Shown here: piece by piece, positions 17,954 through 26,870 of the stretch
Layout of the letters: every line of letters starts with the position of its first letter
How positions within the stretch are numbered: the stretch's first letter is position 1
Origin: Candidatus Aminicenantes bacterium
GTDB lineage: Bacteria > Acidobacteriota > Aminicenantia > Aminicenantales > Aminicenantaceae
NCBI GenBank assembly: GCA_011773465.1
Contig: WVXO01000022.1
Location: 3,366 to 67,365, forward strand
DNA: 64,000 bases
Direction of reading: 5' to 3'
Made by a program: the position numbers and the translations under genes
The notes under the pieces: model-generated
Told to the model about the DNA's origin: nothing
The model's database searches: none
What the model saw: the letters and a program-made list of their open reading frames with translations, nothing else

Positions 17954-18994
17954 ATGGCCGAATATTCAGATTTTAGAAGCGATACTGTCACTAGACCCAC
18001 GGCAAAAATGAGAAAAGCCATGGCTGAGGCAGAGGTAGGGGATGATGTATTGGGAGATGATCCTACAGTCCAGAAACTGGAGTCTTTAGCCGCAGAAAAA
18101 ATGGGCAAAGAAGCTGCCATGTATGTTCCCTCAGGAACAATGGCAAATTCTATCGCCATAAATGGTTGGACAAAAGAATTAGATGAAGTCATTGTGGAGG
18201 AGCGGGCTCATCTTTACAATATGGAATCCACTCACCTGACTTTTATCGCCAGAGTACTTCCTCGCCCCCTCCCTTCCAACCGAGGGGCTATGGACCCAGA
18301 TGAAGTGGAGAGAAGCATCAGAAAGCCCGGTGTCCATATTCCTCGAACTTCTCTTATTTGTGTTGAGAATACTCATAATAACTGGAGTGGGGCAGTTGTC
18401 CCCATGGAGAATCTAAAAGCGATCCGAAAAATTGCGGATAAGCATGATCTAAAAATGCACTTTGACGGAGCTCGTGTCTTTAACGCCAGTGCTGCTTCTG
18501 GAATTCCTGTGAAAGAGTATGCTGCCCTTGGTGATTCTATTATGTTCTGTCTTTCCAAAGGGCTTTCTGCTCCTGTAGGTTCTATGCTGACAGGGCCGAA
18601 GGACTTTATTGATTTTGGCCGCCGTGTGAGAAAAGCGCTAGGGGGAGGCATGAGACAGGTAGGAGTTCTGGCTGCTCCTGGAATAGTTGCCTTGACAGAA
18701 ATGGTGGACAGGTTAAAAGAGGACCATGAAAGAGCGAAGAAACTGGCTTTAGCCATCGCCGAGCTTCCTGGAGTTTCCCTCAATCCGGATCATGTTGAGA
18801 CGAATATTATCATCTTCGGTTTTAACCATCCCAAGATTTCCATTCCTGAATTTTTATCGAAGCTGAAAGAGGAGGGAATCTTGGCATTAGCCACTTCAGG
18901 AGGAAGAATTCGTTTTGTAACCCATAAGGATGTTGGTGATAGAGATATAGATAAAGCTATCTCTTCCTTCCGAAAAATACTTGCAGGGGCTTGA
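17954..18994 (+). CDS. ltaE: Low-specificity L-threonine aldolase (PLP-dependent)
   Basis: The N-terminal DFRSDTVTRPT..M..AM..A.VGDDV.GDDPT motif and the PLP lysine region FCLSKGLSAPVGS are present, in 346 aa. Confidence 0.88.
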   Translation: MAEYSDFRSDTVTRPTAKMRKAMAEAEVGDDVLGDDPTVQKLESLAAEKMGKEAAMYVPSGTMANSIAINGWTKELDEVIVEERAHLYNMESTHLTFIARVLPRPLPSNRGAMDPDEVERSIRKPGVHIPRTSLICVENTHNNWSGAVVPMENLKAIRKIADKHDLKMHFDGARVFNASAASGIPVKEYAALGDSIMFCLSKGLSAPVGSMLTGPKDFIDFGRRVRKALGGGMRQVGVLAAPGIVALTEMVDRLKEDHERAKKLALAIAELPGVSLNPDHVETNIIIFGFNHPKISIPEFLSKLKEEGILALATSGGRIRFVTHKDVGDRDIDKAISSFRKILAGA

Positions 18995-19027
18995 TTTATG
19001 TAGGGATTTAATTTATCAAATCCGCAC
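18985..19027. repeat. Family-C repeat copy overlapping the ltaE stop codon
   Basis: AGGGGCTTGATTTATGTAGGGATTTAATTTATCAAATCCGCAC aligns with the 17788-17828 unit. The ltaE codons GCA GGG GCT TGA lie inside it. It has an internal hairpin GGATTT/AAATCC followed by CTTTTTG. Confidence 0.55.
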
Positions 19028-19053
19028 TTTTTGCTATATATAATTTTCCTTGA

Positions 19054-21030
19054 TTATTTTCTCTCCCCAAAAATAGCCTGCTCCACTAACTCAGCAATGT
19101 CCCAGATCTTTAATTTATCCTCCATATCTTTATTCTTTATTGCATCATCGAACATGGTAACACAGAAAGGGCAGGCGGTGGCAATCCACTCTGGATCTAC
19201 GGTCAGGGTATCCTCCAGGCGCTGGATGTTGACACGCTTTCCGATATTCTCTTCCATCCACATCCAGCCTCCTCCTCCTCCGCAGCACAGAGAGTCGATT
19301 CTAGAACGCTTCATCTCTCTGATATCAAGAGAAGGAATAGAATTAAGTATTTGCCTTGGCGGGTTGTAAATACCGCTGTATCGTCCGAGGTAGCAGGGAT
19401 CGTGGTATGTAGTCTTTTTAGCCAGGGCATGATCAAGCTTTAGGCGTTTGTTTCGGATGTTTTCCTTGAGAAACTCGGCATGGTGGACTACTTCACAGCT
19501 AAAGCCGAGTTGGGGGTACTCATTTTTGAGAGTGTTGTAACAGTGAGGACAAGTGGTCAGAATCCTTTTTATATTATAGCGGCCAAAGGTTTCTATATTG
19601 GTCTGGGCAAGGATCTGGTACAGATATTCATTGCCCACTCGTCGGGCAGGGTCTCCACAGCATCCTTCTTCCACGCCCAAGACAGCGAATTTGACTCCAA
19701 GATGATTAAGGATTTTTACAAAAGCCTCGGTTACTTTCTTATTGCGGTCATCGAAAGAGCGGATGCAACCGACAAAAAATAGGAAGTCAATATCTTCTCC
19801 GCTTATCTCTGCCATTAAAGGAGCTTGCAGCTCTCTAATCCAGTCTCCCCGGGTATCGCGCCCCATCCCCCAGGGATTTGAGTTTGTCTCCAGGCCCTTG
19901 AAAACCTGTGTTAGTTCCTGGGGGAACTTACTTTCCATCAACACTTGATAGCGCCTCATGTCCACCATTTTGTCCACATGTTCGATGAAGACAGGACAGT
20001 GCTCCATACAAGAACGGCAGGTTGTACAGGTCCAAAGCTCATCTTCTTCGATAACACTCCCGATGAGAGGAGGAAGCTCTTCCGGGTCAGCCCCTTTGGC
20101 CTTAGCCTTGATGAGCTGTGGAGCCCTTTGGTGTAAATGATCTCTCAAATCATCTATGACTTTCTTCGGGGAAAGGGGTTTTTCGGTTAAGTAAGCTGGA
20201 CAGTGATCCTGACACCGGCCGCACCGCATGCAGGCATCCAGATCCATAAGATGTTTCCAGCTAAATTCCTCAATTTTGGAAACCCCAAAGCTCTCTGCCT
20301 TCTCATCCTCCAGGTCCAGATGAGAGAGAATACCCTTAGGCTCAAGAGACCGATAAATCATATTCAACGGAGAACTAATTAAATGGAAAAGCTTGGAGAA
20401 GGGGATATAGACGATTGTTCCCAGGACGAGAAAAAAGTGAATCCGGAAGAAAAGCATGGCCAGAAAGCCTTTGGTCGCAGTATCAAGACCTGTCATGTTT
20501 AAAAAGAAAGCTAATGCTTTCCCCGCGGGTGCCAATGCCTGAGTGTCCCTTCCAATCACAGTCAACCTCAGACCTTCGAGGATTATTCCGGTTACAAGGA
20601 TAGACAGGATGAGGAGAAGCCCGGCAAAATCTTCAGCCCTGTTGTCAAGTCTTGAGGGGCGAGTTATGTAACGACGATAGATGGCCAGGATTAAGGCCAC
20701 GATCGCTGCCAGGGCGATTATATCAAGGACAAGAGATATAATCTTGGAAATCGAGACTGGTAAGGTGAACACAAACTGCGTTATTAAAATAACTATAAAC
20801 GGAACCATGAAGCCGATGAAGACAAGAAGGTGTATGAAGCCTGGATATATGTCTTGTAAAATCCTCCGATGAGCGATTCCATCCTTTAAAAGGGATTTTA
20901 TCCTCAACCACATTCTGTCCGATCGATTGTCGTCTCTGCCAACGCGCCACAACCGGAAGCGTTTATTCATGCCCCACGAAAAGATTATCAGCACTAAGAG
21001 GATAAAAAATATATCGAGTGCTTTAATCAT
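19054..21030 (-). CDS. Fusion of a NarI/DsrM-like membrane domain with an HdrD/DsrK-like Fe-S (CCG-domain) protein
   Basis: The N-terminal ~250 aa has 5-6 TM helices with conserved His residues. Then come CMRCGRCQDHCP and CTTCRSCMEHCP (2x[4Fe-4S]) and two CCG-type regions (...EEGCCGDP... and ...DSLCCGGGGG). The start is set at MIKALDIFF (ATG at 21030), 1 nt after the upstream stop. The TTG-initiated extension to 21105 overlaps the cytochrome gene. Confidence 0.85.
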   Translation of the reverse strand: MIKALDIFFILLVLIIFSWGMNKRFRLWRVGRDDNRSDRMWLRIKSLLKDGIAHRRILQDIYPGFIHLLVFIGFMVPFIVILITQFVFTLPVSISKIISLVLDIIALAAIVALILAIYRRYITRPSRLDNRAEDFAGLLLILSILVTGIILEGLRLTVIGRDTQALAPAGKALAFFLNMTGLDTATKGFLAMLFFRIHFFLVLGTIVYIPFSKLFHLISSPLNMIYRSLEPKGILSHLDLEDEKAESFGVSKIEEFSWKHLMDLDACMRCGRCQDHCPAYLTEKPLSPKKVIDDLRDHLHQRAPQLIKAKAKGADPEELPPLIGSVIEEDELWTCTTCRSCMEHCPVFIEHVDKMVDMRRYQVLMESKFPQELTQVFKGLETNSNPWGMGRDTRGDWIRELQAPLMAEISGEDIDFLFFVGCIRSFDDRNKKVTEAFVKILNHLGVKFAVLGVEEGCCGDPARRVGNEYLYQILAQTNIETFGRYNIKRILTTCPHCYNTLKNEYPQLGFSCEVVHHAEFLKENIRNKRLKLDHALAKKTTYHDPCYLGRYSGIYNPPRQILNSIPSLDIREMKRSRIDSLCCGGGGGWMWMEENIGKRVNIQRLEDTLTVDPEWIATACPFCVTMFDDAIKNKDMEDKLKIWDIAELVEQAIFGERK

Positions 21031-21031
21031 T

Positions 21032-21622
21032 TTACCAGGACTTACCAGGTGCGAGCATGACATCATGGCAATTAAGGCATTTATGGCTCTTGGGCGGTCC
21101 TTCAAATTCCCTAAGGTGACACTCGAGGCATTGGGTTACCGAGGGGCGATTTGTACCGCCTTCCATATATTCGTGCCCGGCTTGCCGGTGACAATCCACA
21201 CAATCCAGCCCTTCTCCATAGTGAATTCGGTGATTGAATTTTATGACCTTCTTTTTGACCTTATACCCTAGATTGAGAACATCCTCATGGCACTCCAGAC
21301 ACCTCTGCGAAGTTAGTTCGTCGTCAGCAAGATATTCGGGTGGGACGAATTGATCCCGGGCATGTTTGATAGCATTCCAGTCTTTTGGAGTGAGCTCAAC
21401 CCCTCGAGAGTGACATTCGTAACACCTTGTTTGGTCCGCTGGATGGCCCTTGGATTCTCTCCATAGCTCTGAAATCTCGGGATGGCACTGCCTGCAGACA
21501 AGCTCGTTTGTTGCTGAGTAGCGAACAAGATAGGATGCAACGCCCCCTCCACCGATTATGATGACGATGAGGATAAGGCTTGCTATTATTCGGAATTGCT
21601 TCTTATATCTCTGCGAAGACAT
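21032..21622 (-). CDS. Membrane-anchored hexahaem cytochrome c (NapC/NrfH-like anchor)
   Basis: An N-terminal TM helix (IIASLILIVIIIGGGGVASYL) is followed by six CxxCH motifs: CRQCH, CYECH, CLECH, CVDCH, CLECH, CLNCH. Confidence 0.85.
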   Translation of the reverse strand: MSSQRYKKQFRIIASLILIVIIIGGGGVASYLVRYSATNELVCRQCHPEISELWRESKGHPADQTRCYECHSRGVELTPKDWNAIKHARDQFVPPEYLADDELTSQRCLECHEDVLNLGYKVKKKVIKFNHRIHYGEGLDCVDCHRQAGHEYMEGGTNRPSVTQCLECHLREFEGPPKSHKCLNCHDVMLAPGKSW

Positions 21623-21623
21623 T

Positions 21624-22916
21624 TTATTTCACATCAATGCTTAACATGTATATCTCAGGAGTTTCCTTGCCCTGAGGAGGGCCGACGAGCAGAGCTCTGT
21701 TCCCCTTGAGGCTTATGATCTTTGGACTCCAGAAGGCTGGAATGCTTGGAAAGTCCATAGGCGATAAACCTTTGGCATAACCAGGCGTGCTCTCATCAAA
21801 GGCCATAATCTCCAGGCCGGTGTTAAGGTTAAGAATCATTCCTTTATAAATATGCTTAAAAAGAATGTATTGACCATTTCCTGACATATCGAAAAACTCA
21901 ACTCTAGGTGCAAGCCTGGACTTTATATACTTTAGCTCTTTTCCCTCACCATTCACGGTATATGTCCCTATACCTTGTTTTTTTATTCCGTTATAGAAGA
22001 AAACAATTTTCTCTCCATCGTGACTTATGTCGGTCAGACTGAACCAGCGGTCGTGGAAGTCGGTTATTTTCTTCTTTTCTTCTCCATCCCAGTTCACAAC
22101 GTAAAGGTCATAATCAGTATTATCTGCAGAAGACTGTGCTCCGAACACTATTTTTTGGCCGTTTCCACTCAGGGCAAACGCCCATCCTCCACCGATGAGC
22201 GGATTACGAGGAAATGAAGGCCATTTCCATTCATTCCCATCGAAATCAGGCGCAAGGATAGTTCTCTGTTTTTGGGTCGAAGCATCCAAGAGGATTATTC
22301 CGCCTGGGTTGCCGTACCTTCTTGGTCCCAAATGTCCTTTGAGCACACAGGCAATACGCTTCCCATCACTGCTGACCGCATAATTAGATAATCGTTCCCA
22401 ATCGCCATCGGTAAATTCGAGTGACTTTAAGTTTTTTCCTTCCAGGGCTTTGATAGGGAAGGGAATGATCCGGAAATTGGTGCCATCAGTGTTGACCACA
22501 GCCAAGAAATGGTCAAGGATATTCGACGGCGCGCCCAAACTCATAGAAAATACAGCTACTCGTCCGTTTCCACTCAAGACAGGGGGTTTTGAGCCAACAA
22601 GAAGGGGTATATCCTCGAATGGAGCTGGAGCCTTTTTTGTTCCGTCGCGGAAGAGTTCTCTTTCTTTTTTATCTCCAATGTTCATTATCCTTACTGCCTT
22701 TATCGCCTCTTCTTCGTCCTTGATCTCGATCGTATAGAGCATCCATCGGCCGTCATCGCTTAAGCAAGGAAAGTGCGCAACATTATTGCCTGAGTGAGTT
22801 AGCCTTGTTATTTCACCTGGGTTGTTTGCGTCCTTGGCATTTAAGAGCGATGCGGCAATCCAAAAGAAAGAAATAATGGCGGCGATTTGAATATATTTCT
22901 TAATCATTTCTTTCAA
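21624..22916 (-). CDS. Periplasmic beta-propeller protein (TolB/PD40-like repeats)
   Basis: It has a signal peptide (IAAIISFFWIAASLLNA) and repeated S.DG..I.F-type blades (LSDDGRWMLYT, VSSDGKRIACV, LSGNGQKIVFG, ISHDGEKIVFF, MSGNGQYILFK). Confidence 0.65.
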   Translation of the reverse strand: MKEMIKKYIQIAAIISFFWIAASLLNAKDANNPGEITRLTHSGNNVAHFPCLSDDGRWMLYTIEIKDEEEAIKAVRIMNIGDKKERELFRDGTKKAPAPFEDIPLLVGSKPPVLSGNGRVAVFSMSLGAPSNILDHFLAVVNTDGTNFRIIPFPIKALEGKNLKSLEFTDGDWERLSNYAVSSDGKRIACVLKGHLGPRRYGNPGGIILLDASTQKQRTILAPDFDGNEWKWPSFPRNPLIGGGWAFALSGNGQKIVFGAQSSADNTDYDLYVVNWDGEEKKKITDFHDRWFSLTDISHDGEKIVFFYNGIKKQGIGTYTVNGEGKELKYIKSRLAPRVEFFDMSGNGQYILFKHIYKGMILNLNTGLEIMAFDESTPGYAKGLSPMDFPSIPAFWSPKIISLKGNRALLVGPPQGKETPEIYMLSIDVK

Positions 22917-22932
22917 GCCTCCGTTTTTCGAT

Positions 22933-23014
22933 TGGGGTAAGGCCTTATCACACCGAAATTTATGTAATCAAAGGGAGGAAAACATCTCTTCCCAATGGCA
23001 AGGCCTGACCCCGA
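22933..23014. repeat. Family-D 82-bp MITE-like element (inverted relative to 10144-10225)
   Basis: TGGGGTAAGGCCTTATCA...AATGGCAAGGCCTGACCCCGA. Its reverse complement aligns end-to-end with the 10144-10225 copy, with conserved ~20-bp ends and a divergent core. It fills most of the 120-bp gap between the Mo-subunit and beta-propeller genes. Confidence 0.6.
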
Positions 23015-23036
23015 GAGAGGTATATTTTATCAGGCA

Positions 23037-25349
23037 TCATATTCTTTCAATTCGAACCCTTGTATCCTTTAATCCAAGGCCTCCTCCGATGGGATCTGCT
23101 TGTCTTACGATTATCTCGTTTGGATTCACACCGTTTCCTTTTTTATCCCACCAGATGAGATTTGTATCCTGGTCGTTGCTCTTGAATCGCTTGCCCTTGG
23201 CCACCTTTCCGACTGCCGAATGGCCTAAACCTTCAGCCATAGCCACAGACCAGGGATGAATCCGGTGAGTTGTTAGTACGCGGGAGACTAAGGACCCCAC
23301 AGAAGAAGTGACTCGGACTCTTTCTCCATTCTTGATGCCTAACCTGCGGGCTACATCTTTGTTAATCCACAAGCGGTTTTCATGGAGTATCTCCCTCACC
23401 CATTTACTGTTTGCGGTTCCTTTGGCCCAGAGATTGGATTTGAAGGTGGTGAGAATAAACTCGTCCTTTTTCTTTTCTGGCGCGAATAGAGGTTCATAGT
23501 CTGGCAATGGGGAATAGCCATTCTGCTTCAACGCTTTAGAATAGATCTCCACTTTCTGGCGCGAGGCAGGGAGCTCTTTATCGCCGCTGTACCGGTATCC
23601 GCCCGAATTAGATGTTTTTTCGGTCCAAAAGCCCTGGGTCTTCAAATTTTTAAGACCGCCCTCCGTCTTTAGACCGGAAATTGAATAGACTAACCTTGTT
23701 ATATAATCTTGCGTATTTTTATAAGGAAGATTTCTCGCTACGCGCCCCTTTATTCTGCGCGCCAGCTCCAGACACACGTTCCCCACTTCTTCGGCCTCGC
23801 CCCTGGGCCTGAACATTGGTTCCAGAAGCTTCCCCACATCAAAGGTTGGAGACCTTAAGACCTTAGCAGTGCTTATCATGAATACAACTGGCTGCCTTAG
23901 ATTTAGGATTGGAACCTTATCCAGTGATGGAGCGGTGCTTAATCCCCATCCCTCAAGATATGTTGCCGCAGGAAGAGCCATGTCAGCCAGCAGAGCTGTT
24001 TCTGTTAGATGAGTATCCATCACTACCAGGAAGGGCACAGTTTTTTCGTCTTTTAGTAAACTTGCAGTTGATTCACAATCAGGCTCTACGTAAGCGGGAT
24101 TGGAGAGGTAAGCGAAATAAGTGTTAATTCGGGTATTGGTCTCTTTTAGTTCTTTTATTCCTTTTACATTAACATCTGAATTTAATCTGGGTCTTAAAAC
24201 AGCTGCGTTTGGCTCGAGGCTTGCGGGATATCGAGGATAGAAAAGGCCACCTTCCTTCTCAAGGTTTCCGACAAGCCAGTTAAGGAGGGCTACAGATCTT
24301 ACGTTCTGGGTTCCATTCTTGTGATCGCTTATCCCGCCTCCGATTAAAACCATTGAAGGCTTCTGTGTGGCAAACTCGACTGCAAGGTGTTCGATATCTG
24401 CTGCTCTTACACCACTCTCTTCGGCTGCTTTCTCGGGAGTGTATTGGGATAGGTGATTTTTTATCATTGTCAGCGAGGTGTTGGTCTTGCGGTCCATAAA
24501 ATCTTCGTTGACCAGTCCCTTTTCTACGATCACCTTGGCCATAGCCAGGGCGACGATGCCGTCGGTTCCTGCTTTGATTGGGTACCAGGCGTCGCTCTTG
24601 GCCGCGGTCTCGGACATCCTGACGTCAAAGGTGATAAGCCTCGCTCCCTTCTCCACACGGGCATGGATGAGCCGGCGGGCAATTCCTACGAACTGGTCGT
24701 GGTTAGCATAAGGATTAGCACCGAAGTTTAGGATGAATCGACTTCTTCCAACATCCTCAACAAGAGATGGAAATCCTGTCATTGAGGTTAAGGCTGCAGT
24801 GCGGTTGAGATTCTTCAAGCCCGGCCTGTCGATCGTACGAGTTGCTCCAATAGCAGAGATGAATCTATCTAGTAAAGGATCATCATGGCCTTTATCAATC
24901 ACAAATTCGTTTATCCTGCCTTCTCTTATCATCTTCTTTAAACGCGCAGCCAGGGTGGAATACACTTCGTCCCAGGTAATTCTAGTCCACTGGCCCTCGC
25001 CTCTTGGTCCTTTTCTCATCAGCGGATAAAGCAATCTTTCGGGATCGTTGACCAGGTTTAGCCCAGCAATACCCTTGGCGCATATCCCGCCTTGGTTATT
25101 GGGGTGGTCCGGGTTCCCGAGGAGCTGGACGAGCCGCTCCCCGTTAAGATAGGCATTGATGCCACAGCCTGCAGGACACTGTTCGCACGTCGTGGGGACG
25201 ACTTGGAGGGGTTTGAGTGAGGTTCGGGATACGCCGTCTTTTTTTATGGAACCTGGCCTTTGTATCGGGCTGAGGCCAGCAGCCGTTCCTGCAAACCAGG
25301 CGATACCGGTCTTCATGAAACTGCGTCTTGAGATTCTTTTTTTTGACAT
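23037..25349 (-). CDS. Tat-exported molybdopterin oxidoreductase, large subunit (Psr/Phs/Ttr-like size class)
   Basis: It has the twin-arginine leader SRRSFMKTGIAWFAGTAAG, the N-terminal FS0 motif C55-x2-C58-x3-C62-x27-C90 (TTCEQCPAGCG...GGICAKG), and MGD-binding-like segments (ITFDVRMSETAAKSDAWYPIKAGTDGIVALAMA). Length is 770 aa. Confidence 0.88.
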   Translation of the reverse strand: MSKKRISRRSFMKTGIAWFAGTAAGLSPIQRPGSIKKDGVSRTSLKPLQVVPTTCEQCPAGCGINAYLNGERLVQLLGNPDHPNNQGGICAKGIAGLNLVNDPERLLYPLMRKGPRGEGQWTRITWDEVYSTLAARLKKMIREGRINEFVIDKGHDDPLLDRFISAIGATRTIDRPGLKNLNRTAALTSMTGFPSLVEDVGRSRFILNFGANPYANHDQFVGIARRLIHARVEKGARLITFDVRMSETAAKSDAWYPIKAGTDGIVALAMAKVIVEKGLVNEDFMDRKTNTSLTMIKNHLSQYTPEKAAEESGVRAADIEHLAVEFATQKPSMVLIGGGISDHKNGTQNVRSVALLNWLVGNLEKEGGLFYPRYPASLEPNAAVLRPRLNSDVNVKGIKELKETNTRINTYFAYLSNPAYVEPDCESTASLLKDEKTVPFLVVMDTHLTETALLADMALPAATYLEGWGLSTAPSLDKVPILNLRQPVVFMISTAKVLRSPTFDVGKLLEPMFRPRGEAEEVGNVCLELARRIKGRVARNLPYKNTQDYITRLVYSISGLKTEGGLKNLKTQGFWTEKTSNSGGYRYSGDKELPASRQKVEIYSKALKQNGYSPLPDYEPLFAPEKKKDEFILTTFKSNLWAKGTANSKWVREILHENRLWINKDVARRLGIKNGERVRVTSSVGSLVSRVLTTHRIHPWSVAMAEGLGHSAVGKVAKGKRFKSNDQDTNLIWWDKKGNGVNPNEIIVRQADPIGGGLGLKDTRVRIERI

Positions 25350-25363
25350 AAGTTAAAATACCT

Positions 25364-26260
25364 TTATAGCAGCGGGATGAATTCCCCGGCTAAAACGACT
25401 ACATATCTCATGAAAAATATTCCAATGACCACCAGGATCGAGGCCACTATTGTCGTAGCCAATGTCCTTAGCCTTGGTACTATCAGGAGAAAAAAGGGCA
25501 CGATCTTGCCCAGCAGATTCTCGACGACAAGGAAGAGGAAGCTGAATTTTCCTTGCAGGAGCAGGTGGGCTGCTGCTTGAGCATCTGAGTGGGAGATAGA
25601 AAGGACTATAAGGTCGCAGGCCACAAGAAAGAGGTCGAAAACAATCATCCAGGCAAGGAGTTTGCCAAGGCCAAATACAAGCTCGCGGTCGATTTTCCTT
25701 TCTTTGGAAAAGAAACGTTCTTTGATTATGAAGACAAGGATCATGAGGGCAATCCCCGAGATAACAGCGGAGACAAGGAAGAGTATGGGCATCAGGGCAG
25801 TATTCCAGAGGGCCCTTGCCTTGCCGAAAGCAAGAATGAATCCCGTATATCCATGAACCGATACAGCTAGGGGGATACCGATAAGCCCAAAGATCCTGGT
25901 TAGTTTCATGTTTTCCTTAAACATGAAATAGCCGTATATAATACAATTTATCGGATAGAGTATTAGCAGGAATGAGCCCCAGGTGATAGGGGAGGCCATG
26001 TTGAGATAAATAAAAAGATGCCAAGCACGGTAGGGCGTCCCCACATGGAAGAGAAGGAATAGGGGGGCTATGATGAGGACTATGGTGGCCACAACAACCC
26101 CAACCTTACCGAGTGGTTTGTACTGGCTCAGGCCAAAGCCATAGGCCAATGTGGATAGGATAAATGATCCTGCGCTTACACCAGTTAGATAAATATACAT
26201 AGCGATGTTAAAGCCGAATGCATCCTGGTGAAAGATGTTGTAAATAACCTGAGTATCCAC
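25364..26260 (-). CDS. NrfD/PsrC-family integral membrane quinone-interacting subunit
   Basis: A 298-aa protein with ~8 predicted TM helices. Its position next to the 4Fe-4S and Mo subunits is typical of NrfD/PsrC/DsrP proteins. Confidence 0.8.
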   Translation of the reverse strand: MDTQVIYNIFHQDAFGFNIAMYIYLTGVSAGSFILSTLAYGFGLSQYKPLGKVGVVVATIVLIIAPLFLLFHVGTPYRAWHLFIYLNMASPITWGSFLLILYPINCIIYGYFMFKENMKLTRIFGLIGIPLAVSVHGYTGFILAFGKARALWNTALMPILFLVSAVISGIALMILVFIIKERFFSKERKIDRELVFGLGKLLAWMIVFDLFLVACDLIVLSISHSDAQAAAHLLLQGKFSFLFLVVENLLGKIVPFFLLIVPRLRTLATTIVASILVVIGIFFMRYVVVLAGEFIPLL

Positions 26261-26264
26261 GACA

Positions 26265-26858
26265 CTATTCCTCTTTTATCTTTTTTGCCTCTACAGCGGC
26301 TTGCTCAAGACCGATGTAAAAAGTTTGGGGATCGGTTCCCATATCAGGTTTTATAACCTGAACCGCATTCGTGGCTACGGCTTTGGCAATATCGCTTCGA
26401 GGATCATTAAGATCGCCGAATATCATTGCTCCTGTGGGGCAGACCAGCACACATGCTGGTTTTAGACCGGCGTCTACTCGATGATGACACCAATAGCACT
26501 TCTCTGCTATTTTTTTTCTGGGATTGATGTATCTTACCCCATAAGGGCAGGAAGCCATGCAGTAGCGGCAGCCGATGCATCTGTGCGGGTCGATGTAAAC
26601 GATTCCATCAGGGCGTTTGATGCCAGCATTAACTGGACAGACAGTGACACAGATAGGCTTGTCGCAGTTGTTGCAGACTACAGGAAGAAAGAATTCCTTG
26701 GAATCAGGATATTGACCTTTTTCTACTTTTTTTACCCAGCTCCTCCAGACACCCAGCGGCACATCGTTTTCACTCTTGCAAGCCACCACGCAGGCGTTGC
26801 AGCCGATGCACTTCCTCAAGTCGACCAGCATGGCGTATCGTTTTTTCTTATTGCTCAT
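26265..26858 (-). CDS. Four-cluster 4Fe-4S ferredoxin-type subunit (PsrB/NrfC/DsrO-like)
   Basis: It has four Cys groups: CIGCNACVVAC, CNNCDKPICVTVCP, CIGCRYCMASCP and CYWCHHRV...CVLVCP. There is no signal peptide of its own. Confidence 0.9.
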   Translation of the reverse strand: MSNKKKRYAMLVDLRKCIGCNACVVACKSENDVPLGVWRSWVKKVEKGQYPDSKEFFLPVVCNNCDKPICVTVCPVNAGIKRPDGIVYIDPHRCIGCRYCMASCPYGVRYINPRKKIAEKCYWCHHRVDAGLKPACVLVCPTGAMIFGDLNDPRSDIAKAVATNAVQVIKPDMGTDPQTFYIGLEQAAVEAKKIKEE

Positions 26859-26870
26859 GGTTTTGTTGCG

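Noticed and set aside
21031-21105. TTG-initiated extension of the DsrMK-like ORF overlapping the hexahaem cytochrome gene by 74 nt
   Set aside because: An ATG at 21030 gives a 1-nt intergenic spacing, and the protein then starts directly with the first TM helix. The extension lies out of frame over the conserved cytochrome C-terminus.
23037-25349. Selenocysteine (in-frame TGA) in the molybdopterin subunit
   Set aside because: The 770-codon frame is uninterrupted and no SECIS-like hairpin context was needed, so there is no evidence for Sec.
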